A stretch of 64,000 nt of DNA from Scyliorhinus canicula. Lineage: Eukaryota. Location: contig NC_052151.1 in NCBI RefSeq assembly GCF_902713615.1, positions 203,765,974 through 203,829,973 of the forward strand. Reading direction: 5' to 3'. How positions within the stretch are numbered: position 1 is the first letter of the stretch; every line of letters starts with the position of its first letter. Of the stretch, positions 1-11,852 are shown one piece after another. The position numbers were made by a program, and so were the translations under genes. The notes under the pieces were generated by a model. It made no database searches. It had not been told where the DNA came from and saw nothing but the letters and a program-made list of their open reading frames with translations.

Positions 1-1200
1 GAGGATGAGAAGGGAGTTTTAATAATGGGAGATGAGGAAATGGCTGAGGAACTGAACAGGTATTTTGGGTCGGTCTTCACAGTGGAAGACACAAATAACA
101 TGCCAGTGACTAATAGAAATGAGGTTATGACAGGTGATGACCTTGAGAGGATTGTTATCACTAAGGAAGTAGTGATGGACAAGCTAATGGGGCTAAAGGC
201 AGACAGGTTTCCTGGCCCTGATGGAATGCATCCCAGAGTGCTAAAAGAGATGGCTAGGGAAATTCCAGATGCACTAGTGATGATTTATCAAAATTCACTA
301 GACTCTGGGGTGGTCCCGTGGGATTGGAAATTGGCAAACGTGACACCACTGTTTATAAAAGGAGGTAGGCAGAGAACAGGAAATTATAGGCCAGTGAGCT
401 TAACGTCTGTAGTAGGGAAGATGCTGGAATCTATCATCAAGGAAGAAATAGCGAGGCATATGGATAGAAATAGTCCCATTGGGCAGACGCAGCATGGGTT
501 CATAAAGGGCAGGTCGTGCCTAACTAATTTAGTGGATTTTTGTGAGGACATTACCAGTGCAGTGGATAACGGGGAGCCAATGGATGTGGTATATCTGGAT
601 TTCCAGAAAGCTTTTGATAAGATGCCACACAAAAGGCTGCTGCATAAGATAAGGATGCATGGCATTAAGGGTAAAGTAGTAGCATGGATAGAGGATTGGT
701 TAATTAATAGAAAGCAAAGAGTGGGGATTAATGGGTGTTTCTCTGGTTGGCAATCAGTAGCTAGTGGTGTCCCTCAGGGATCCGTGTTGGGCCCACAATT
801 GTTCACAGTTTACATAGATGATTTGGAGTTGGGGACCAACGGCAATGTGTCCAAGTTTGCAGATGACACTAAGATGAGTGGTAAAGCGAAAAGTGCAGAG
901 GATACTGGAAGTCTGCAGAGGGATTTGGATAGGTTAAGTGAATGGGCTAGGGTCTGGCAAATGGAATACAATGTTGACAAATGTGAGGTTATCCATTTTG
1001 GTGGGAATTACAGCAAACGGGATTATTATTAAAACAATAAAATATTAAAGCATGCTGCTCTGCAGAGAGACATGGATGTGCTAGTGCATGAATCACAGAA
1101 AGTTGATTTACAGGTGCAACAGGTGATTAAGAAGGCAAATGGAATTTTGTCCTTCATTGCTAGAGGGATGGAGTTTATGCTGCAATTGTATGAGGTGTTA
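1..1200 (+). mobile_element. CR1-clade LINE (HER1-like) ORF2 fragment, RT domain, slightly decayed, 3' end lost
   Basis: ORF 25-1032 has [33 protein letters not shown] and FADD motifs; same family as the 7372-10045 copy; stops and deletions after 1032; abuts a satellite. Confidence 0.95.
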
Positions 1201-1204
1201 GAGC

Positions 1205-4200
1205 ACCATTCAGTAATTTACAAGATAACATGCCGAAATGTCCAGTACAGGTAAAGAGCGAAGCAGCAGTGTCAATAACTTGCAAGAATAACAAGCTGAA
1301 ATGTCGCGTGGAGGTGGGAAGGGAATCAGCATTGTCAGTAATTTACAAGGTAACATGCTGCAATTTCCAATACAGGCAGAGATGGAAGCAGCAGTGTCTG
1401 CAATTTACAAGAGTGACATGCTGCAATCTCCAGGACAGGTAGAGAGAGAAACAGCTGTGTCAGTAATTTACAAGAAAGCATGCTGCAATGGTCAGTAAAG
1501 GTTGAGAAGGAAACAGCAGTGTCAGTCATTTAGAAGAGTGACATGCTGCAAACTCCAGGAAAGGTTGAGAGGGAAACAGCTGTGTCAGCACTTTACAAGA
1601 TAGCATGCTGCAATGGTCAGTATAGGTAGAGAGGGAAGCAGCAGCGTCATTAATTTATTAGGACAAAAGGCTGAAATGCCCAGTACTGGGCGAGAAGGAA
1701 GCAGCAGTGTCAATAATTTACAAGATAACATGCTGCAATGGCCAGTACAGGCAGATATTGAAGTAGCATTGTCAGTAATTTACAAGGTAACATGCTGCAA
1801 TTTCCAGTACAGGCAGAGATGGAAGCAGCAGTCTCAGTAATTTACAAGAGTGACATGCTGCAATCTCCAGGACAGCTGGAGAGGGAAACAGCTCTGTCAG
1901 TAATTTACAAGATAGCATGCTGCAATGGTCAGTACAGGTAGAGAGTGAAGCAGCAGTGTCAATCATTTACAAGGCCAAAACGCTGAAATGTCCAGTACAG
2001 AGAGAGAAGGAAGCAGCAGTGTCAGTAATTTACAAGAATAACATGCTGAAAGATCCAGCAGAGGTCGCGGCGGATTCCGCACTATCAGCAATTTACTTGG
2101 GTGACATTTTGAAATGTACAGTACAATCAGAGAATGAAGGATCAGGGATAGCAATTTACACGGATAACATGCGGTTATGTCCTGTGGAGTAGTGAGGAAA
2201 AAAACAGTCATTAATTTATAAGAGTGACAAGCTGCAATCTCCAGGACAGGTAGCGGGAAGCAGCAGTGTCAATAATTTAGAAGCATAACATCATGGAATG
2301 TCCTTTACACGTAGTGGGGGATACAGCAATGTCAATCATTTACAAGAGTAACATGCTGAAATGTCCAGTACAGGCAGAGAGGGAGGTAGCAGTTTCAGTA
2401 ATTTACAAGACAATATTTCGCAATGTTCGGTGTAGGTATAGAGGGAACCAGCTGTGCCAGTAATTTACAATAATACCATGCTGCAATATCCAGTACAGGT
2501 AGAGAGCGAAGTAGGAGCGTCAGTAAATTACAGGGATAACATGCTGAAATGTCTGTACAGGCAGAGAGGGAAGCAGCAGTCAGTAATTCGGAAGGACAAC
2601 ATGATGAGATGTTGAGTGCAAGCAAAGAGGGAGCCAGCAGTGTCAGTATTTACATGGACAACATTCTGAATGGTCTTGCACAGATAGCGAAGGAAGCCGC
2701 AGTGTCAGTAATTTCAATGCTGCCATGCTGAAATGTCCACTAGAGGTAGAGAGGGAAGCAAGAGTGGCAGGACGTTTCATATATAACCTTCTGAAATATC
2801 CTGTCCAGGAGTGAGAGAAGAAACAGTATCAGTAATTTACAAGGCAACATGCTGAAATGTCAAGTATGGCTAGAGGGGGAATATCCGTGTCAATAATTTA
2901 CCAATGTGACATGCTGAAATATCCAGTCCAGACAGAGAGGGAAGCAGCTGGGTCAGTAATTTTCAAGGACGACGAGGTAACATCTCCTCTACAGTTGTGA
3001 AGGAAGAAACAGTGTCAGTAATTAATTGGGATTACAGGCTGAAATTTCCACTTTGGGGAGAGACAGAAGCAGCAGTGGCAGTAAGTTACAAGGGTAACAT
3101 GCTGCAATGTTCATTATGCGTAGAAAGGGAAGCAGCAGTGTCAATAATTTACCAAGGTGACATTCTGCATTCTGCATGTCTGCAACTTACAAGGATAACA
3201 TGCTGAATTGTCCAGTACCGGCAGCAAATCAAACTGCAGTTACTGTAATTTACATTATTAACGTGCTGCAATTTCCAGTACAGGTAAAGAGGGAAGCAGC
3301 AGTGTCAGGAATTTCCAAGGATGACACACTGATATGTCCCACACAGATAGAGAGGGGAACATCAGTCTCAGTAATTGAAATTAATAACATACTGAAATAT
3401 CCATTACAGGTAGAGAGCGAATCAGCTGTGACAGTAATTTATAAGCATAACTTGCTGAAATGTCCAGCACAGGTAGAGAGAGAACCAGCAGTGCCTGTAA
3501 TTAACAAGACAACATGCTGAAATGTCCTGTACAGGTAGAGAAGGAAACAGCAGTGTCAGTGATATACAAGGATAACAAGCTAAAATGTACAGTACAGATA
3601 GAGAGGGAAGCAGCTGTGTCAGTAATTTACAAGGATAACGAGCTGATGTGTCCAGCACAGGCATATATGGAACCAACCGTGATGTTGAAAGATGCATGAC
3701 ACAGAGAGAGGGAAGCAGCAGTGTCAGTAAATTACAAGGATAACATGCTGGAATGTCCAGTACACGTCATGAGGGAAGCAGCAGTGTCAGTAGTTAGAAA
3801 GATGACATGCTGAAAAGTCCAGTACTGGTAAAGAGGGAAGGAAGAGTATCAACAATTTGCAAGGATAACTTGATGAAATCCCAGTAGAGTTAGAGAAGTA
3901 AACGGCAGTGTCTGTAATTTATAAGCAAAAGTGCTGAAACATCCAGTACAGGTACAAAGGGAAGCAGTAGTGTCAGTAAGTTAAGGAAAATATGTTGAAT
4001 TGTTCAGCACACTGGGAATGAAACAAGGAGTCTGCATAATTTCCTCGGGTAACGTGCTGAAATTTCCAGACCGGGTAGAGTGGGATACAGCAATGTTAGT
4101 AATAACGAGGAGAACATATTGAAATATCTCGTGGAGGTGGAGAGAGAAACCAGCATTGACAGTTATTTTCAAGGGTGACATCCTGGGATGCCCAGTACAG

Positions 4201-4320
4201 ATGGAGAGGAAGCAGCAGTGCCTGTAATTTACAAGGATAGCCTTCTGAAAAGCCCTGTACGGGTAAATAGGGAAACAGAAGTGCCATAATTTCCGGGCAT
4301 GACATGCTGACATCTTTTGT
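1205..4320. repeat. 63-bp unit minisatellite, about 50 diverged copies
   Basis: Consensus approx GCAGCAGTGTCAGTAATTTACAAGGATAACATGCTGAAATGTCCAGTACAGGTAGAGAGGGAA; GCAGCAGTG recurs at 3715 and 3778 (63 bp); some units are 62 bp. Confidence 0.95.
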
Positions 4321-5639
4321 GCAGGCAGCAAAATAAACTAGAATTTGAAGTCGTTATTAACGAGACATTTATAAGAGACATTTATCATTGTCTCGCTCCC
4401 TTTCTGTCAATCTGTCAGTTACTCAATGAGTTTGAAGAAATTATGTTCCTTTACATAATGGCGGAGAATGTAAACAGAATAAAATAGACATCCATTGAAT
4501 GCCTCAAATCTGAATTTTGAAATCTCTTTGGGCATTCAATTCAACGATTCTGGAGTTGCACTCATGAACAGATTTAAATGTAATTGAGTGCATCAATTAC
4601 ATGTGATAAGTGCATTTACACGACATGACCTGTTCCCTTGTAACTCCAACTGCAGTGATTAGTCACTGGATGCTTGAAATCAGCTGTTACCTGGGCCTAT
4701 AGATTGGATTTGCAATCATAGTGTACTATGGTCTCTCCCTTTGAATCTCAGCCTCTCTTCACTCCTGATAACTTAAACAAGCTGAGTGACAGGTGAGAGG
4801 CCAGTGATAGAGGAGATAATTAAAATTGGTGACAGTGGGGGAGAGAGGCAGAGCTACGAGTGTGGGTGAGCGTGGCGAAGACGAGAATTCAAAGCAGCGA
4901 GTGAGAGAGCACAATGATGACAAAGTAGATCAGCAAAGGAAAGAAGGGGAGAGAAAACGTCGGGTGTTTAGAGGCGGAAGATAGAGAGCGGCGAGACGAC
5001 ACGTAGGCTGTGATGGTGGACAGAGTGAGCATGCAGAGGGGACCAAGGACGTTCTGAAAAATAAATCAATGCAGAGATGATAGGGAAAGAAGGTAAATGA
5101 TTAGCTGGCGAAAATGTTGGTATCCCTGTTGAAATGTTCGGATAATATATTGGTAATCGTATTGTTTTATTCATATCAATAAGAAGTAGCATATAATGAT
5201 AATGGATGGATTTAGAAAATATAATTCCAATACGATAGAGAAAACATGGAAGGTAATGTGTTGCGACCGTATAATGTGGGTGCTCCTTGATGCCAGCGTT
5301 ATCTAGTGCAAGCTTCTCTGCAGAAAATGTCGGCTGCTTTAGGAGGAGATTTAGCTCAGATTTATTGAGAAGCATTTCCAGCCGCAGGCACGCCGATGCC
5401 TGGGGGTGACGTAGGGAGGGGAACGTTTTCTGGACATTTTGCACCAGGAGATGGCCACACCCATTATTATAACCCCTCTAAATTCGCGATGATCAAGGAC
5501 ATCAACGTGTGACCCGGAATTAGATAGTTATGGGAACACAAAACATAGAAGGTTACGGGCCTTGGCTCTTACATGCCCCACAGATTCCAGTTTCTTACAG
5601 TATGTATGGATGGAAGCGAGAGCGACAAAGCTACCTCGC

Positions 5640-5785
5640 AAAATTGCAGACTGCAGAATAACACATTGGAATAGATAACGGGTTTGTTAGCCAACAGGAG
5701 GCAGAACGTAGGGATACATGTCTTTTGTGTTGTAAGCTTAACAAATGGAGTATCACAGGGTGGAATGAAATTTCAACTATTTATC
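5640..5785 (+). mobile_element. Old CR1 RT fragment, left half, interrupted by an L1 insertion
   Basis: Degenerate WI..WLANRRQ.VG / GVSQG / QLF coding pattern, which continues at 15528. Confidence 0.65.
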
Positions 5786-7371
5786 TTTTTGGAAAATATT
5801 TATTGAGGCATTTATAATTTAAATTTTTTTCCAATAATAACATCCAACAGAAGACAGAACAAAATAACCATCATTCCCCCCAAACACAAACCCCAAACAA
5901 CATGGCTTATAAAAACACACCACCAGCCTTTCCTGCCCCTCCCGCCATTGGTTTTCCTACCCATATTTGTCACTTCCATGCCTCCTCTTTTTGCCCCTCA
6001 ACTAACCCCTTTCCCACTCCCTGCTGACAGTCTAATTTTTCTCGAAGAAGCCGACGAATGGCTGCCACCTCCCAGCGAACACCTTTAATGAACCACTCAA
6101 GGCGAGTTTAATTTTCTCCAGCCTGAGAAACCCCGCCATGTCGCTGACCTATACCCCGACTTCGGGGGTTCCGGGTCTCTCCATCCCAGTACAATCCGTC
6201 TCCAGGCCACCAGGGAAGCAATAGCCAAAACGTAGGCTTCTCTCACACCGTGGGCTCCTGGGTCTTCTGACACTCCAAAGATCTCCACTTCTAGACTCGG
6301 AGCCACGCTCCCTTGCAGGACCTCTGGCATGACGTCTACAAGTCCCTGCCAAAAGTCCCTCAGCCTCGGACAAGCCCAGAACATATGTACACGATTCTCA
6401 GGACTTCCCCCACATCGCCCACAACTGTCCTACACCTCCTCAAAGAACCTGCTCAATCTGGCCACAGTCATATGAGCCCTGTGAACCACCTTCAATTGCA
6501 TCAGGCTGCGTCTAGCACAGAACGAGGACGTGTTAACTCTCAGTAGGGCCTCCTCCCGTAACCCAGCCTCCAACTCCACCCCAAATCTTCTTGATACTTT
6601 CTATTGGGGCTCCCGCTCACTCCATCAGACCCTTATAGATCTACGAGACCTTCCCCTCTCCAACTCATGGTCTCGAAATCATCTTATCCTGTGAACCCAC
6701 TTTGCACACCCTCACGCTGCCAGGTACTGCTGGACCTGTGGAGTACCGGAGTCGGCGTGAACGGCAATGGTGCCATTAACAATGCACTGAAACTCGTGCC
6801 TTTACAGGATGTCACTCGCTCTCACACCGACCCTTCCCCCACTACCCACTTCCTGATCAACGATATATTCGCCGCCCAGTTATAGTTAATAAAGATAAGA
6901 AGAGCCAGCACCCCCCCCCCCCCCCCCCCACCCCGTTGCCGCAGCACCTTCCTCATTCACGGGGTTTTACCGGCTCAAATAAATCCCGGAATTACCGCAT
7001 TCATTCTCCTAAAAAACGATTTGGAGATAACAATTGGGAGACACTGAAAAACAGGATTTCTCCCACCAATCTTCCCATTTCCACCCGCTCCGCCTTCTCC
7101 TTGTGTGCCCGAATAGAAATTAATTCCCCCCTGATAGCTTCTTTCAGTGCCTCCTAGACCGAACCCGGCGACAACTGTCCAGTTTTGTTGATCTTTATAT
7201 ATCCCCAGATGACTTCCCTCACCCGCTCACACACCTCCTCCTCCACTACAGCCCCACATCGAACCTCCATTGTGCGGTGTTGGGCCCTCCCTCATCTCAC
7301 TCGCAGGTCCAGTCAATGCAGGGCATGGTCCAAAAACACTATTTCTGAATATTCGACATCCATCACCTCTG

Positions 7372-10045
7372 ATAAGAACATAAGAACATAAGAACATAAG
7401 AACTAGGAGCAGGAGTAGGCCATCTGGCCCCTCGAGCCTGCTCCGCCATTCAATTAGATCATGGCTGATCTTTTGTGGACTCAGCTCCACTTTCCGGCCC
7501 GAACACCATAACCCTTAATCCCTTTATTCTTCAAAAAACTATCTATCTTTACCTTAAAAACATGTAATGAAGGAGCCTCAACTGCTTCACTGGGCAAGGA
7601 ATTCCATAGATTCACAACCCTTTGGGTGAAGAAGTTCCTCCTAAACTCAGTTCTAAATCTACTTCCCCTTATTTTGAGGCTATGCCCCCTAGTTCTGCTG
7701 TCACCCATCAGTGGAAACAACCTGCCCGCATCTATCCTATCTATTCCCTTCATAATTTTAAATGTTTCTATAAGATCCCCCCTCATCCTTCTAAATTCCA
7801 ACGAGTACAGTCCCAGTCTACTCAACCTCTCCTCATAATCCAACCCCTTCAGCTCTGGGATTAACCTAGTGAATCTCCTCTGCACACCCTCCAGCGCCAG
7901 TACGTCCTTTCTCAAGTAAGGAGACCAAAACTGAACACAATACTCCAGGTGTGGCCGCACTAACACCTTATACAATTGCAACATAACCTCCCTAGTCTTA
8001 AACTCCATCCCTCTAGCAATGAAGGACAAAATTCCATTTGCCTTCTTAATCACCTGTTGCACTTGTAAACCAACCTTCTGTGACTCATGCACTAGCACAC
8101 CCAAGTCTCTCTGAACAGCGGCATGCTTTAATATTTTATCGTTTAAATAATAATCCCGTTTGCTGTTATTCCTACCAAAATGGATAACCTCACATTTGTC
8201 AACATTGTATTCCATCTGCCAGACCCGAGCCCATTCACTTAACCTATCCAAATCCCTCTGCAGACTTCCAGTATCCTCTGCACTTTTCGCTTTACCACTC
8301 ATCTTAGTGTCATCTGCAAACTTGGACACATTGCCCTTGGTCCCCAACTCCAAATCATCAATGTAAATTGTGAACAATTGTGGGCCCAACACGGATCCCT
8401 GAGGGACACCACTAGCCACTGACTGCCAACCAGAGAAACACCCATTTATCCCAACTCTTTGCTTTCTATTAATTAACCAATCCTCTATCCATGCTACTAC
8501 TTTACCCTTAATGCCATGCATCTTTATCTTATGCAGCAACCTTTTGTGTGGCACCTTGTCAAAGGCTTTCTGGAAATCCAGATATACCACATCCATCGGC
8601 TCCCCGTTATCTACTGCACTGGTAATGTCCTCAAAAAATTCCACTAAATTAGTTAGGCATGACCTGCCTTTTACGAACCCATGCTGCGTCTGCCCAATGG
8701 GACAATTTCTATCCAGATGCCTCGCAATTTCTTCCTTGATGATAGATTCCAGCATCTTCCCTATTACCGAAGTTAAACTCACTGGCCTATAATTTCCTGC
8801 TTTCTGCCTACCTCCTTTTTTAAACAGTGGCGTCACGTTTGCTAATTTCCAATCCACCGGGACCACTCCAGAGTCTAGTGAATTTCGGTAAATTATCACT
8901 AGTGCATCTGCAATTTCCCTAGCCATCTCTTTTAGCACTCTGGGATGCATTCCATCAGGGCCAGGAGACTTGTCTACCTTTAGCCCCATTAGCTTGCCCA
9001 TCACTCCCTCCTTAGTGATAACAATCCTCTCAAGGTCCTCACCTGTCATAGCCTCATTTCTATCAGTCGCTGGCATGTTATTTGTGTCTTCCACTGTGAA
9101 GACCGACCCAAAAAACCTGTTCAGTTCCTCAGCCATTTCCTCATTTCCCATTAGTAAAACTCCCTTCTCATCCTCTAAAGGACCAATATTTACCTTAGCC
9201 ACTCTTTTTTGTCTAATATATTTGTAAAAACTTTTACTGTCTGTTTTTATATTCTGAGCAAGTTTACTCTCATACTCTATCTTACTCTTCTTTATAGCTT
9301 TTTTAGTAGCTTTCTGTTGCCCCCTAAAGATTTCCCAGTCCTCTAATCTCCCAGCACTCTTTGCCACTTTATATGCTTTTTCCTTCAATTTGATACTCTC
9401 CCTTATTTCCTTAGATATCCACGGTCGATTTTCCCTCTTTCTTCCGTCCTTCCTTTTTGTTGGTATAAACCTTTGCTGAGCACTGTGAAAAATCGCTTGG
9501 AAGGTTCTCCACTGTTCCTCAACTGTTCCACCATAAAGTCTTAGCTCCCAGTCTACCTTAGCTAGTTCTTCTCTCATCCCCTTGTAATCTCCTTTGTTTA
9601 AACACAAAACACTAGTATTTGATTTTACTTTCTCACCCTCCATCTGTATTTTAAATTCCACCATATTGTGATCGCTCCTTCCGAGAGGATCCCTAACTAT
9701 GAGATCATGAATCAATCCTGTCTCATTACACAGGACAAGATCTAGGACCGCTTGTTCCCTCGTAGGTTCCATTACAAACTGTTCTAGGAAACTATCGCGG
9801 ATACATTCTATAAACTCCTCCTCACGGTTGCCTTGACCGTCCTGGTTAAACCAATCGACATGTAGATTAAAATCCCCCATGATAACTGCTGTACCATTTC
9901 TACATGCATCAGTTATTTCTTTGTTTATTGCCTGCCCCACCATATCGTTACTATTTGGTGGCCGATAGACTACTCCTATCAGTGACTTTTTCGCCTTACT
10001 ATTCCTGATTTCCACCCAAATGGATTCAACCTTATCCTCCATAGC
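7372..10045 (-). mobile_element. Young 5'-truncated CR1 LINE with an uninterrupted ORF2 and (CTTATGTT)n tail
   Basis: 853-aa open frame; tandem TAAGAACA tail at 7372-7403; inserted cleanly into the host L1 endonuclease (LDKTLL|SEVMDVEYS rejoins). Confidence 0.97.
7481..10042 (-). CDS. CR1 ORF2 (partial APE endonuclease + reverse transcriptase), 5'-truncated
   Basis: VYRPPN, MGDFN and SDHN endonuclease motifs; QHGF, DFQKAFDKVPH, GVPQGS and FADD RT motifs; CR1 C-terminus RTRGHSLK / FFTQRVVNLWNSLP. Confidence 0.93.
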   Translation of the reverse strand: MEDKVESIWVEIRNSKAKKSLIGVVYRPPNSNDMVGQAINKEITDACRNGTAVIMGDFNLHVDWFNQDGQGNREEEFIECIRDSFLEQFVMEPTREQAVLDLVLCNETGLIHDLIVRDPLGRSDHNMVEFKIQMEGEKVKSNTSVLCLNKGDYKGMREELAKVDWELRLYGGTVEEQWRTFQAIFHSAQQRFIPTKRKDGRKRENRPWISKEIRESIKLKEKAYKVAKSAGRLEDWEIFRGQQKATKKAIKKSKIEYESKLAQNIKTDSKSFYKYIRQKRVAKVNIGPLEDEKGVLLMGNEEMAEELNRFFGSVFTVEDTNNMPATDRNEAMTGEDLERIVITKEGVMGKLMGLKVDKSPGPDGMHPRVLKEMAREIADALVIIYRNSLDSGVVPVDWKLANVTPLFKKGGRQKAGNYRPVSLTSVIGKMLESIIKEEIARHLDRNCPIGQTQHGFVKGRSCLTNLVEFFEDITSAVDNGEPMDVVYLDFQKAFDKVPHKRLLHKIKMHGIKGKVVAWIEDWLINRKQRVGINGCFSGWQSVASGVPQGSVLGPQLFTIYIDDLELGTKGNVSKFADDTKMSGKAKSAEDTGSLQRDLDRLSEWARVWQMEYNVDKCEVIHFGRNNSKRDYYLNDKILKHAAVQRDLGVLVHESQKVGLQVQQVIKKANGILSFIARGMEFKTREVMLQLYKVLVRPHLEYCVQFWSPYLRKDVLALEGVQRRFTRLIPELKGLDYEERLSRLGLYSLEFRRMRGDLIETFKIMKGIDRIDAGRLFPLMGDSRTRGHSLKIRGSRFRTEFRRNFFTQRVVNLWNSLPSEAVEAPSLHVFKVKIDSFLKNKGIKGYGVRAGKWS

Positions 10046-11049
10046 AGAGTTTTATCCAGCACAAAGACATCTATTCGGGAATACACCTTGTGCACATGGG
10101 AGTAGAAATGAAATTATTTCTCCCTCAGCCTACCGAATCTTCACAGATCGACCCTCACCGTGTGCTCTATTAACCCCCAGAGTTCCTTAGCGATAACTGA
10201 TACCTTCCCCAATCTAGGGCTCGACCGGTCCAGTCTTGGATCCAGGCCGGTATTTAAGTCTCCTCCCATAATCAGCAGATGAGCATCCAGGTCTGGAATC
10301 CTCCCCAGCACCGGCCTTACAAATTCCACATTGTCCCAGTTCGGGGCATAAATATTTGCCAATACTACCGGCATTCCTTTCAGTTTCCCACTAACCATTT
10401 CATATCCCCACCACCCACCTCTGTATCCGCCTCCATATTCCCCACCTCGAACGCCACCCGCTTATTGACTAAAATCGCCACGCCCTTCATTTTAAAGTCC
10501 AGCATCGAGTGAAATACGACCAACCCATCCCTTCCTCAACATGGTCTCCTCCCCCACCTTTAGGTGTGTATTTTGCAGCATGGCCACATCCGTCTTTAGT
10601 CACCGCAAGTGTGCATACACATGGGCTCCCTTGATCCACCCATTCAGACCTCGCACATTCCACGTGACCAGCCTGTCTGGGGGCGATCACGATCAGCCAT
10701 CGCCCCTATTGGGCCAGCCTCCAGCCCATGCCCCACGCATCCCTTGGCCCACCCTCAGGCTTCCACCCTCAACCCTCCTCCTCCTTCATTTTAAAGGCCG
10801 CACCCCTGACAGCAATACGGCCCACCCCCTCCATCCCAGATCCACCAGCTCTCCCCATTCCGTCTCGCCTTGCCAACATTCAGTTCACCCCCCACTGTGC
10901 TTCTGTGAACTAGCCCGTCCAGCTAGCCTGGCTGCTCCCGACCCTGGTGCCTAGCATCCAAACCCCCACTGATTCCCTCCCCCCCCCCCGCTCAAACATT
11001 AGTACAAACAATCAATAGTAACACAAACAAGAAAGCGACCCCCATCCCA

Positions 11050-11380
11050 TCATACAGTGCAGAAGGAGGCCATTCAGCCCATCGAGTCTGCACCAGCCCT
11101 TACAAAGAGCACCCTACTGCAACCCACGTATCTACCCTACCACCGTACCCCAATAACCACCACTTAACATTTTTGGACACTAAGGGCAATTTTCATGGCC
11201 AATCCATCTAACCCGCACATCTTTGGGCTGTGGGAGGAAATTAGAGCACCCAGAGGAAACCCACGCGGACACGGGGAGAACATTCAAACTCTGCACAGAC
11301 AGTGACCCAGCGGGGACTCGAACCTGGGACCCTGGAACTGTGAAGCAGCTGTGCGAACCACTATTCTACCGTGCTGCCCT
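11050..11380 (-). mobile_element. HE1-type tRNA-derived V-SINE
   Basis: Reverse complement of the GGGCAGCACGGTAG head, V-domain GGGTTTCCTCTGGGTGCTC and CR1-like tail. Confidence 0.9.
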
Positions 11381-11852
11381 TAAAAAAAAACAAAAAAGAA
11401 AAATCGAACTGAAGCCAAAAACAAGGGAAAAAAGAAATGGTCTCGAACAAATGATTTTACAGCAGCATCAAAACTCCTCCACCAAAGTTCAAGGCCCACT
11501 TTCTCCTGCCAGTCTATTATCTCTCATAAACTCCGCTGCCTCCTCCGAAGATCCTTAATACAACTCCCGGGCCCCATAAGTCACCCATAGGCCCGCTGGG
11601 TACAATAGTCCAAACTTCACCCCCTTCTTGTGGAGGACCACGTCGACCTTATTAAAACTTGCCCTCTTCTTGACTGCACTCAGGTCTGGTACATGTAAAT
11701 CTCATTGCCCTCCCAGGTGCCATGCCTCGTCTGCCTGGCCCACATCATGATTCCTTTCTTTTCAATGAAACCATGCAACCGCACTATCATCACCCTCAGC
11801 AACTTGTTCCTCTGGGGCATCCTCATCAATGATCTGTGGGCTCGGTCATTGA

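Noticed and set aside
1230-3699. Repetitive ORFs (AAVSVIYK...CPVQVERE) as a repeat protein or CRISPR-like array
   Set aside because: Frames are broken by stops and 62-bp units, there is no splice structure and there are no unique spacers; it is a tandem satellite.
5101-5130. GTTGGTATCCCTG (VGIP) as GPCR exon 1
   Set aside because: Followed by TT rather than a GT donor, and the upstream frame is closed and lacks the YYP motif.
4968-5444. 158-aa minus-strand ORF
   Set aside because: No recognisable motifs; non-ATG start; likely chance.
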